Source of the DNA: an uncultured Acidimicrobiales bacterium
GTDB taxonomy: Bacteria > Actinomycetota > Acidimicrobiia > Acidimicrobiales > VFJN01
Length of the DNA: 64,000 nt
NCBI GenBank assembly: GCA_963830865.1
Contig: CAWHNU010000009.1
Span: forward strand, 495,062-559,061
Direction of reading: 5' to 3'
Part shown: piece after piece, positions 49,016 through 59,289 of the stretch
Position numbering within the stretch: position 1 is the first letter of the stretch
Layout of the letters: every line of letters begins with the position of its first letter
Position numbers and translations under genes: made by a program
The notes under the pieces: generated by a model
What the model saw: only the letters and a program-made list of their open reading frames with translations
What the model was told of the DNA's origin: nothing
Database searches by the model: none

Positions 49016-51543
49016 GCGTGGTCGCCTTCTCGCTCGCCTCCGCCTGGCGCCGCCGGCGCCGGCTGGCCGGCACCGTGGCCGCCGTGGTCCTCGGCGTCGC
49101 CTTCCTGTCCGCCACCCTCGTCGTCGGCGCCAGCGCCCGCGCCGGGTTCCGGGACACGTTCGCCACCGCCGACGCCGGCATCGACGCCTACGTGCGGTCG
49201 TCCGCAGCAGCTCACCGGCGGTGAGGTGAACACCCGCCCGCCGATCCCCGCCGCGCTGGTCGGCGACGTGGCCGCCGTGGACGGCGTGGACGCCGTCGCC
49301 GGCCTGGTCGAGGGCTCGGCCCAGGTCGCCGGGCGTGACGGCCGGCCGCTCGACGGCGGCCGGCCCACGACGCGGGCCGAGGGCTGGGTCGAGGCGCCCG
49401 CGCTGACCGGCTGGCGCCTCGCGGCGGGCCGCGCCCCCGGACCGGCGGCGAGGTCGTCGTCGACCGGGCGATGGCCGAGCACGCCGACCTGGCGGTGGGC
49501 GACCGGATCCGGGTCCTGGCTCCCGCGCCGCTCGACGCCACCGTCGTCGGCGTCGCCACGTTCGGCGGCGAGGACTCGATGGCGAACGCCAACCTCGTCG
49601 CCTTCACCACGGCGGAGGCGCAGCGCCTCCTCCTCGGCTCGCCCGACCTCGTGTCCGCGGTGCTCGTCGCCGGGGCGGGCAGGGTCGACCAGAGCGACCT
49701 GGCCCGGCGTGTCGGCGCGCAGCTGCCCGCGGGCGTCGAGGCGCTGACCGGTGCCCAACTGATCGCCGACCAGCAGTCCGACGTGGAGGACGACCTGCTC
49801 TCCGGGCTCTCGACCGGGCTGCTCGCCTTCGCCCTCGTGGCGCTGGTGGTCGCCGGCTTCGGCATCGTCAACACGTTCACGATCCTGGCGGCCCAGCGGG
49901 CCCGCGAGTCGGCGCTGCTGCGGGCGATCGGCGCGACGCGGCGGCAGGTCCTGTCGGCCACGCTGGTCGAGGCGCTGGCGGTCGGGCTCGCCGGCTCGGC
50001 GCTCGGCGTCGTCGCCGGGCTGGCGCTCGCGTCCGGACTGCTGGCCGCCACCGCCGCGCTCGGCCTCGACCTGCCGGTCGACGGCCTCGTCCTCACCGCG
50101 GGCGACGTGCTGGTGGCGGCGGCGGTCGGGGTGGCGGTCACGCTGGCCGGCGCGGTGCCGGCCGCCTGGCGGGCGTCGCGGGTCGCTCCCGTCGCCGCGC
50201 TGCGGGAGGTGGCGGCCGAGGATCCGACGCCGTCGCGGTCCCGGACGGCGGCCGGCGCCGCCGTCGCGCTCGCCGGCGCCCTGCTCGTCGTGGCCGCCGG
50301 CGGCGGCGCCCTCGGCTCGGCGGCCGTCGGGGCCGTGCTGCTGCTCGCCGGGCTCGTGCTGCTCGGCCCGGCCGCCGTGCGGCCGGTGTGCGCGGTGCTG
50401 GGCGCCCCGCTGGCCCGGGGCGTGGACGGCGACCTGGCGATGCGCAACGCGGTGCGCAACCCCCGGCGCAGCGCGGCCACCGCCTCGGCCCTGCTGGTCG
50501 GGGTCGGCGTCGTGAGCCTGTTCACCGTGTTCGGGGCGTCGGTGGCGCGGTCGCTCGACGAGGCGGTGTCCCGCGCGTTCGCCGGCGACCTGGCCGTCGT
50601 GCCGGCGTCCGGCGGCGCCGGGCTAGCCCCCGACGTCGTCGACCGGGTGTCCCGGCTGCCGGAGGTCGACGCGGTGGCCGGCGTGGGCCGGGGCCCGGCG
50701 GTCCTCGACGGCCGCCAGGACGACCTCGCCTTCGCCGACCTCGCCGCGCTGGGCGCGGTGCTCGACCTCGACGTCACCGCCGGCGACCTCGGCACCGCGG
50801 CGCACGGGGGCCTGGCGGTGTCGGCGCACTACGCGGACGAGCGGGGCTGGGCGCTCGGGGACCGGGTCCGGGTGGGCTTCCCCGACGGCACTACTGCCGA
50901 CCTGGTGCTCGCCGCCGTCTACGACCGCGAGGCGGTCGTGGGCGAGAAGGTGGTCGACCGGTCGGTGTGGGCCGCCCACGCCGGCCAGGTCGCCGACGAG
51001 GTGGCGGTGGTCGCGCTGGCCCGCGGCGTCTCGCCGGGGGCGGGGCGCGCCGCGGTCGAGGCGGCCACGGCCGGGGCCGGTGCCCCGCTGGTACGGGACG
51101 AGGCCGGCTTCGTGGCCGCCGAGGTCGCCCAGGTCGACGGCGCGCTGCGGGTCGTCTACGCCCTCCTGGCGGTGGCGGTCGTCATCGCCCTCATGGGGAT
51201 CGCCAACACCCTGTCGCTCTCGGTCCACGAGCGCACCCGCGAGCTGGGCCTGCTCCGGGCGGTCGGCCAGACCCGGCCCCAGCTGCGGGCGATGGTGCGC
51301 CGGGAGTCGCTGCTGCTGGCGGCGTTCGGCGCGGTCGGGGGTGTCGGTCTCGGCGTCTACCTCGGCTGGGGCGTGGTCCGGGCGATCGACGCCCGGGCCG
51401 ACATCGCCACGTTCTCGCTGCCGGTGCTGCCGCTCGCGGGCCTGCTCGCCGCCGGGGCGGCGGTGGGCGTGGCGGCCGGGATCGTCCCCGCCTGGCGGGC
51501 GGGCCGGCTGGCCGTGCTCGATGCCGTCGGCGGGCGGTCGTAG
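49012..51543 (+). pseudogene. FtsX-family ABC permease (two FtsX domains), with a +1/-1 pair of frame breaks near 49203 and 49440
   Basis: ATGA overlap with the ATPase gene. The segment 49205-49440 reads in the +1 frame (...QQLTGGEVNTRPPIPAALVGDVAAVDGVDAV...), while frame 1 carries a TGA at 49222. Total length is 2532 nt, a multiple of 3. FtsX motifs appear twice: ILAAQRARESALLRAIGATRRQV and LSVHERTRELGLLRAVGQTRPQL. Confidence 0.8.
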
Positions 51544-51689
51544 GCTCCGTCGCCAGCCGGCCGGGAGGTTGCCCGTGGGGAACGACGTGGTGGAGGAGGT
51601 CGACGGCTGGGCCGGCCGGGCCGAGCGGGTCAGCCCGGACAGTTCGCGGACGCCGTGCTGGCCGCGCTGGACGGGTGAGGCTACGGGCC

Positions 51690-51800
51690 CCACGTTTCTG
51701 GCAGCGCTCAGTGCCATAGCGGTACGGATTCGCTGTCAGAAGCTCGGGGAGGCCCAGCAGCCACGTTTCTGGCAGCGCTCAGTGCCATAGTGCCAGAAGC
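51690..51800. repeat. 30-bp direct repeat (x2, 71-bp period) with four nested CTG(C/T)CAGAA/TTCTGGCAG arms
   Basis: CCACGTTTCTGGCAGCGCTCAGTGCCATAG occurs at 51690-51719 and 51761-51790. Arm 51696-51706 pairs with 51731-51741. Arm 51731-51744 pairs with 51763-51777. Arm 51767-51774 pairs with 51790-51797. The region lies between convergent genes. Confidence 0.75.
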
Positions 51801-51814
51801 CGGCCAGCCGGCCT

Positions 51815-52516
51815 CTAGCTCGGGCTGGCCGGTCCCGCCAGCCACCAGCGCACGGCCTCGTCGGCGACCGGGGGCGGCACGGTGTGGCCGCCGTCGAACT
51901 CGCGGAACAGGACGTCGTAGCCGGCGCCGACGAGCGCGGGCACGAACGAGCGGCTGCAGGCGTCGATGGGCAGCACCGGGTCGGCGGTGCCGTGGGACAC
52001 GAAGATCCGGGGCCGGCCGACCAGGTCGGGCGCGACCAGGAAGCCCGGCGAAAACGCCAGCACCGTCGGGAACACGTCGCCGTTGCTGAGGCCCACGGAC
52101 AGCGCGTAGGACGCGCCGTCCGATACGCCGCCGACGGCCAGCCGGTCGGGGTCGACGTCGACGTCCAGCCGGTCGACCAGCGCGTCGAGCGCCCGGTCGA
52201 GGAACGCCACGTCGGGCCCGAAGTCGCCCGCGGCGATCAGGTCCCAGGTCGACGGGTGGCGCGAGTCGGGCGCCACCAGCACCACCCCGTAGCGGTCGGC
52301 CGCGGCCAGCACGGCCCGGAGGTGGCGGCGGCCGCTCCCGCCGGCGCCGTGGAGGAAGACGAGTACCGGGGCGCCGGCCTCGGCGGTGTCGGGCACGTAG
52401 AGCTGCCCGTCGCGGTCGCCGCCGACGCCGAGGTCCTCGTCGCGCCCGTCGTCGAACCCCCGGTGCGACACCGTGGGGGGCCGGGGCGCGAAGCGCAGGC
52501 GGGCCACCGATCTCAT
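51815..52516 (-). CDS. Alpha/beta hydrolase, phospholipase/carboxylesterase family
   Basis: 233 aa. VLVFLHGAGGSG, a GVSDG nucleophile elbow, and the C-terminal SHGTADPVLP and GGHTV (Asp/His) are present. Confidence 0.75.
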   Translation of the reverse strand: MRSVARLRFAPRPPTVSHRGFDDGRDEDLGVGGDRDGQLYVPDTAEAGAPVLVFLHGAGGSGRRHLRAVLAAADRYGVVLVAPDSRHPSTWDLIAAGDFGPDVAFLDRALDALVDRLDVDVDPDRLAVGGVSDGASYALSVGLSNGDVFPTVLAFSPGFLVAPDLVGRPRIFVSHGTADPVLPIDACSRSFVPALVGAGYDVLFREFDGGHTVPPPVADEAVRWWLAGPASPS

Positions 52517-52605
52517 CCGGACTTTGTAGCTCTCGCGGGGTTTCGTTCACGGCCGGTTAGCGGCCGCTCCGCACCTTGATGCCCGTACGACGAACGGAGG
52601 TCACC

Positions 52606-55458
52606 GTGGGCACGACAGGCGGACGACACGGGGGGCGGGGGGCGCTCGGCGCCCCGACGACGGCGCGGCGGCTGGTACGCAGCGCCGACCAGCTGGACAT
52701 CGTGGTCGAGCTGTTCGATGCGGACGTGATCGACGGGCAGGTCACGCCGAGCGGGCCCGGGGCCGCCATGCGGCTGACGTTCGGGTCGCAGCACACCGTC
52801 GAGCGGACCTTCGTCGGCCCGGCGCCGACGCCGCCGATCAACGGGGTGAACCACATCGCCGCCGGGGCCAGCCTCGTCGTGGTGCCGATCGCCGCCACCT
52901 TCCCCTTCACGGTGGACGGCGTGCTCGGCGCCGCCGAGGGCACCGCCGGGCTGGCCGGGCAGGCGACCGAGGGCGAGCCCGACGGCAGCGTGACCGCCGT
53001 CGAGGCGCCGACCGGGCTGTGGCTGAGCCCCGTGGCGCCCGCCCGGTTGGTCGCCGCCCGCGACCCGCTGACCACCGGTGACACCACCGAGGTGTGGGTG
53101 GCCAGGCTGGAGCCGACCGGCGGCCCGGCGCCGCTCGACGTCGCGGCCATCGACCATTCGGACGACGAGCTGCTCGCCACCCAGCGGCCCGACCTCGACG
53201 CGCGCATCGACATCGGCAAGAACAGCACCGCCCCCGACACGCCGCTGTCCGCCCGCCGGCTGTGGCTCACGTCGTCCGGCGCCTTCGCCGACCTCCACGG
53301 CGAGTGGACCGGCGGCGTGGCGCTCTACGACCACCTCATCGCGGCCGGGCGCGACGTCCACATCGAGTTCCAGAGCCTCGGCTACCTGCTGCCGTTCGGC
53401 CACCGGGCGGCGATCGCGGACGTGTCCGAGCGGGTCGTGCTCGACGACGCGGGCGGCGGCCAGACCGCGGTGATGCAGGCCACCAAGTTCCTCGTCATCA
53501 TCGACCCGGTCGTCACCACGCCCCGCGCCGGCGCCCGGCTGCTCGGCCGGGGGCTGCCGTTCGCCAGCCTCACGGCGTCCGCCAGCGAGACCACGCCGAT
53601 CAAGCTCGTGGGAGTGGACGACGCGGGCGGTGGCGAGATCGACGGCGTCTCCGACCTGCGGACCGTCGGCCCCCGACGACGACCTGATGGTCGACTACGT
53701 CGCCGTCGACCGCGGCGGCAACGACGTGTCGTTCTCGCTGCCGGCGACGTTCATCGACGACGAGTTCGCCTACGGGACCGGCGCCGACGACTCGCCCGCG
53801 GCGGCGGTCGCGGCCGCCAACACCGAGGCCCGGCGAGCCCGCCGGGAGGTCGACCTCGGCGGCCAGCGGGTGACGTTCGCCGACCCGTTCACCCCTGCCA
53901 GCCAGCCTGCCCGGGCGACCCACCGGTTCCTCCTGGCCTGGGACGGCGTCGACGCCGCCGCCAGCCAGGGCGACCTGATCGGCGCCCAGTCGCCGGCGGC
54001 CTTCGGCGTCCTCGAGTCCGCCGACGTGGTCCACGAGATGGCCGGCTCGGCCACCGGCGCCACCGGCGAGACCGTCGACGTCAGCCACCACGACCGCTGG
54101 CTCCAGAACGGCAACGAGCGGCGGCAACTTCGACCTGGCGTTCCTCAAGCTGGGCCGCAAGGTCTCGTCGCTCATCGGCGGCGGCAGCGCGGTCGGCGGC
54201 GTCGCCCAGCTCGACCTCCTGGCCAACGTCTACAACCAGTCGGCCGGCGCGGGGGTCGACCCCGAGCCTCTCGACGACGCCGTGGACCCGACCGACCTGC
54301 TCGGCGACGCGTCCAAGATCATCGGCAACATCCTGCTGTCGGCGGTCATCGAGGCGATCGAGGTCGGCGTGCCCGGCGTCGACATCCCGGGGACGACCTT
54401 CTCCGAGGACGGCCTCACCGTCGAGTTCACCTACTGCCCGACTCTGCACGACCTGGACGCCGTCGGGTTCCGGACGACCGGCCAGACCCGCTGCTGCGTC
54501 CACATCACCACCACCGCCTCGATCGACGACGGGATCGAGGCCGGCTTCGAGACCGAGATGCGGGTCGAGAACTTCTTCCTCGACTTCCCGCCGCTCATCC
54601 GAGCCCCCGATCGTCGGTGGCCGACTTCGAGTCGATCGTCGGCACGATCAGCTCGGACGGGTCCACGTCGATCGTGCCCACCGTCCGCTCCTGGGACTTC
54701 TCGGGCGCGATCTCGATGCTCATGGCGCTGGTCGACAAGCTGGGGATCGGCAACATCGACCTCAAGATCCTCGGCGACCTGATCGACATCGACAGCTCGA
54801 TCAACCTGCCGGACATCTCGCTCGGCGTCGCCGAGATCAAGAACTTCGCCATCAACCTCGGCGTCGAGCTGCCGCTCGGCCCCGGCGACGGGCAGCTCTC
54901 AATCGGCATCGGCTCGAAGGCGAGCCCGCTCGACATCGACGTCCTGATGTTCGGGGCCACGTTCTGGCTCGACATCCGACCTGGGCTTCAACGGCGGCGG
55001 CCCAGCCCCCCGCCCTGACCACGTCGATGGGGCTGTCGGTCTACTGGGAGATGCTCGACTTCGACATCGTCGTCGTGTCGATCAGCTTCGCCCTGCGGCT
55101 CTCGGCCGACTGGAAGGTGTCCGGCGGCGAGGTCGTCTTCACCGGCGCGGTGTCGCTGGAGGGCGAGATCGACGTGCTCGGCCTGATCTCGGTCAGCGCT
55201 GCGCTGATCGCCAGCCTGCGCTACGAGTCGGCGACCGAGCTGATGGTGCTCAAGGGCACGGTCACGTACTGCGTCGACAGCTTCCTCGGGAAGCTCACCA
55301 GCGGCACCGTGCCGATCGGCGAGACCGAGATCGAGCTGGGCGACGGGCAGAGCACGGCCCGGGCCGCCCTCGGCTTCCCCGCCGCGGGTGGCCGGTCCTC
55401 CTTCTCCGACCGCTACAGCGAGCCCGTCTGGGCCGACTACTGCGACGCCTTCGCCTGA
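52606..55458 (+). pseudogene. Giant hypothetical protein X1 (about 950 aa when frames are joined); no recognisable domain; about 5 frame breaks
   Basis: GTG 52606 lies 5 nt after a GGAGG SD. High-GC3 coding segments run through frames 1, 2, 0, 2, (0) and 1 to TGA 55456-55458. Breaks lie at C5 53670-53674, near 54118-54124, at C5 54604-54608, near 54975-54980 and at C6 55006-55011. I see no P-loop, TM segment or signal peptide. Confidence 0.6.
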
Positions 55459-55511
55459 GCCGCGACCGGTCGCAGCCTCCCCACCCACCCTCTCCCGAGA
55501 AGGTCCCTGAC

Positions 55512-58500
55512 ATGCCCATTCACCATCTGGTCGTCACCCCCCTCCCCAACGGGCGCAGCGGCAACACGCTGTTCCTGTCGGTCCACCTGTCACCCCGGCT
55601 GCGGGACAAGGGCGTCCTCGCCGACTACCCGGACGTCGCCGACTGGGGGACGTTCGTCACCACCGGCCCCGGGCTCGTGTTCCAGCCGCTGATCAACGGC
55701 GCGGTGCGGCCGGGTGTGACGGTGGCGGTCACCTCGCCGCCGGTCGACCCGGCGGTCTGGCGGGCGGTGTTCGGCGACCCGCCGACGGCGGTGCAGGTCG
55801 AGCCGTTCGCGTTCCTCGACCGGACGCGGCCGAACGTGACCGCGATCGACTCGGGCGAGCTGTCGCGGCAGATCATGGCGCTCGTGCGGTCCCTCTCGGC
55901 CCAGGGTGCCGCCGGCGCCACGAAGGCGGACGTGCTCGCCGCCGCCGGCGCCCTGTTCGAGGACACGCTGCCGCCGGCCCGGGACTTCTTCGGCCCGGTG
56001 GGCAACGGCGAGGACCCCTCGCCGCCGTCGCCCGAGTTCCACGACCAGCTCGGGCCGCTGTGCGCCCACCCGTTCCTCATGCGGAAGCTGGGCCTGGTGT
56101 TCGACCTGGAGGTCACGCTCCCGGCGGGCGCGGGCGCGGTCAACACGATCGCGGTGCGCACCAACTGGCCCAGGCCGCGTCGGCCTCACGGCCCACGACG
56201 AGGCGCCGATGCGCGTCGCCGTCGACGTCGACTTCAAGGCCCGCGTCGACCTCACCGACTTCCGGGTGTCCGACTGGTTGGCGCTGGGCGGCTCGAAGTA
56301 CGCGGTCGGCCAGCTCGATCTGATCAACGCCGTGCACCAGATCGACCAGATGATCGACGACCTGGCGGTCGCGCCGACGGAAGACTCGCCGATCGAGGTG
56401 CCGGCGATGCTGGAGAGCGGCCTGTCGGTCATCTGCGGCGACCTCGGGGACGTGCTCCGGCGCCGCTTCGCCCGCCAGCGGGACATCGAGAACGGCATCG
56501 ACTCCTGGCTGGGCGGCGCCGCCACGCCCCCGCCCGTGCTGTTCGCCGAGGACATCACGGCTCGGTTACCGCTGCGACGTCGACGACGAGGTCGCCCCCG
56601 GGTTCCTCTCACTGCACGACCGGCGGGTCCCGGCGGGGTACGGGTTCCCGCGGGACAAGACCCTCGAGGTCGTGCCACCCGACGACGAGGGCTGGGGGTC
56701 GATCGCGCTCGACGACCGACGGAGCCGAGAACCGCCGGCCCCTATCCACGAACGTCACCTACCAGCAGGAGGGCGAGCCGGACGTCGACAAGGTCGAGCA
56801 GCACGACGAGACCGAGTGGCGCCTCGAACGACCACGTCTTCACCTGGGGCGGCTGGAGCCTGTCCACGCCCCGGGTCGGCAACAGCACCACCGGCCGCGG
56901 GACCGTGAAGCGCCGCGAGGTCAACGTCCCGGCGCCGGGCAGCCCGACCCAGCTCGTCGTCGACTACGCCCACGTCAACGGCACGCTGCCCAAGCTGCGC
57001 TACGGGCGGACCTACACGCTCCGCGCGGTGCGTCGACCTCGCCGGCAACGGCCCGACGCTGGCCGATGTCCCCCCGCCCGACGCCGAGGCGCCGCCGACG
57101 CACTTCGGCCGGCTGGCGCCGCTCGTGGCGCCGCTGCCGGTGCGGCGTGCGTCGCGGCCCGACCCCGGGGTCGGAGACCTGCCCGACGTGCTGGTGATCC
57201 GCAGCGAGTTGGAGGACGAGGACCGGGAGGTGGCGCCGACCGACCGTCTGCTGTTCCCGCCCCGGATCAGCCAGAGCCGGCTGGAGCGCCACGACCTGCC
57301 GGCCGGCGGCAACGACCCGGCCTCGTACGCGCTGATCGCCGAGCGCGACGTGCGGTCGCTCACCGACCAGACGCTGGTCGACCCCGCGACCAGCGAGCTG
57401 GTGGCCGGGGCGGCCATCGTCGACGGCGACGTGACCGCCGGGCCGACCAAGCCGGCGGTGCTCTACCTCGCCGACCCGGTGGCGGGCCACGCCGCGTTCG
57501 TCGGCCTGCCCGGCGGCGACCTGGCCCGGCCGGTCCTCGTACCCTACGGCACCTGGCCGGACGTCGAGGCCGTCCAGCTCGAGCTGCGGTCGGGCGAGGG
57601 CGCCCCGCGTGCGTCCCGGGCCGAGCGCCGGGTGACGGTGCGCCTGCCCAAGGGCACGGTCGCCACCGCAGCGCTGGTCACCGCGCCCGACGCCGCGCTG
57701 CTCGACCACATGGCGCTGGCCCAGGGCCTCGACCCCGCCGGCGCGCACCGAGGCCCGGCGGGGGCTCAACCCGATGCTGTCGCCCCGCCGGTTGGTCACG
57801 CTCGTGCATGCCACACGGCTGCCGCTCGACGCCCCGCTGTTCGGCCTGATGACCGCCACCCGCGTCGACGTCGGCCAGACAGACGTCGTCATCGACGGCA
57901 TCCTCGGCGTGCACCGGGCCACCACCGAGCACGTCGTGATCCGGTCCCGCTGGGTCGACACGATCGACGACCCGACCGACCCGGACCATCCGGAGGGCCC
58001 GTTCGAGCGCATCACCAAGCGGGTCCTCAGCGACGTCCCGTTGGCGCCCGAGAGCGAGGACGGCACGGCCGAGGAGCTGACCGCCACGAGCTTGGAGCTG
58101 GGCGACACGAAGCGCCGCTCCGTGCGGCTGGTCGCCGAGGGGTTCAGCCGGTTCAGCCGCTACTTCACCGAGCGCATCGACTTCGTCATGGGCGCGGCCG
58201 GGCAACACCCTGTCGCTCCACGACGAGGGCGTCGTGCCGGCGTCGGTGACGCTGGCCCGCCAGGACGGCAGCGAGCGCTTCACCCGTGGCGTCCACTTCG
58301 ACGTGAACCGGGACGGCGAGCTGACCATCCTCGACGACGGGGCCATCCCGCAGGGGACCGTGTGCCGGGCCGAGTTCATCCCCCGGCCGGTCAGCCGGCT
58401 GTCGCTGGAGGCCTCCAGCGGCCAGGACTTCGTCGCCGACGTGCCGGCGTCGACGGCCCCCGACCTGCCCTCGGTCACCGCGGTCGTGCCGGCGTTCGCC

Positions 58501-59289
58501 CGCCAGGTGACCGAGACCGACACCAGCATCACCGTCGACCACGACGGGCGGGTGCTGCGCCTGCACCTCGCCCGGCCGTGGTTCTCCAGCGGCGACGGCG
58601 AGCTGCTGGGCGTGGCGATCGACCCGCCCGGCACGCCGGACCCGGTGTTCACCCGCTGGGGTCGGGACCCGCTGACCGAGGGCGCCGGGCCCTCGCTGGC
58701 GGTGGCGACCGCGCACTTCCCCGCGGCCAGCGAGGTGGCCGCCGCGGTCGACGGGCGGTTCGACGTCGCCGGCCACGAGGTCGCCTACGACACCGACCGC
58801 CAGCTGTGGACGGCGGACGTCCACGTCGACGCCGAGATCGGCTACCGGCCCTTCGTCCGGCTCCACGTCTGCCGCTTCCAGCCGCTCGCGGTCCTGGACC
58901 AGCACCTCTCGCCGACGGTCGACCTGGAGCCCCTGCGGCTCGGGGCGGAGCGCCAGGTCGAGGTCGCCCAGGTGGCGGAGGGCCAGGCCAGCGTGCGGCT
59001 GTCGGGCCCGGACAACGTCAACGTGGTCACGGTCGTGCTCCAGGAGGCCGACCCGCAGGTCGCCGACCCCGACCTCCGTTGGCAGGACGTCCGCACGACC
59101 GTGCTGACCCGCGGCGGCACCACGGCCGCGGCGGTGCACGCGGGCGTCGTGGACATCTCTGGGACCGGGGCCGAGCGTCGGCTGGTGGTCGAGGACGCCG
59201 AGCCGGTGACCGTCGAGGCCGACGGCGCGCTGACCGACGCCACCGTCGTCGCCTACCGCGAGGTCATCGAGATCCCTGCCGGGTGGTGA
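55512..59289 (+). pseudogene. Giant hypothetical protein X2 (about 1,260 aa when frames are joined); no recognisable domain; 7 frame breaks, all +1
   Basis: ATG 55512 lies 53 bp after the X1 stop. Coding segments step through frames 0,1,2,0,1,2,0,1. Breaks lie near 56169-56172, 56558-56566, 56717-56722, 56827-56832, 57024-57030, 57738-57746 and 58196-58203. The gene ends ...VVAYREVIEIPAGW at TGA 59287-59289. Only an Ig-like VDLAGNG motif (57032-57052) is noted. Confidence 0.6.

Noticed and set aside
51696-51714. Sigma-54-like TGGCA-N8-TGCCA element inside the 30-bp repeat.
   Set aside because: The GG-to-GC spacing is one base off the -24/-12 consensus. The element is palindromic rather than directional. 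Actinobacteria are not known to encode RpoN. It sits between convergent gene ends.
52509-52518. 10-mer GATCTCATCC shared between 52509-52518 and 62350-62359 (upstream regions of X1 and of the SARP regulator).
   Set aside because: The first copy is part of the esterase start codon region (ATGAGATC on the minus strand). A single shared 10-mer in 128 kb of two-strand sequence is within chance expectation.
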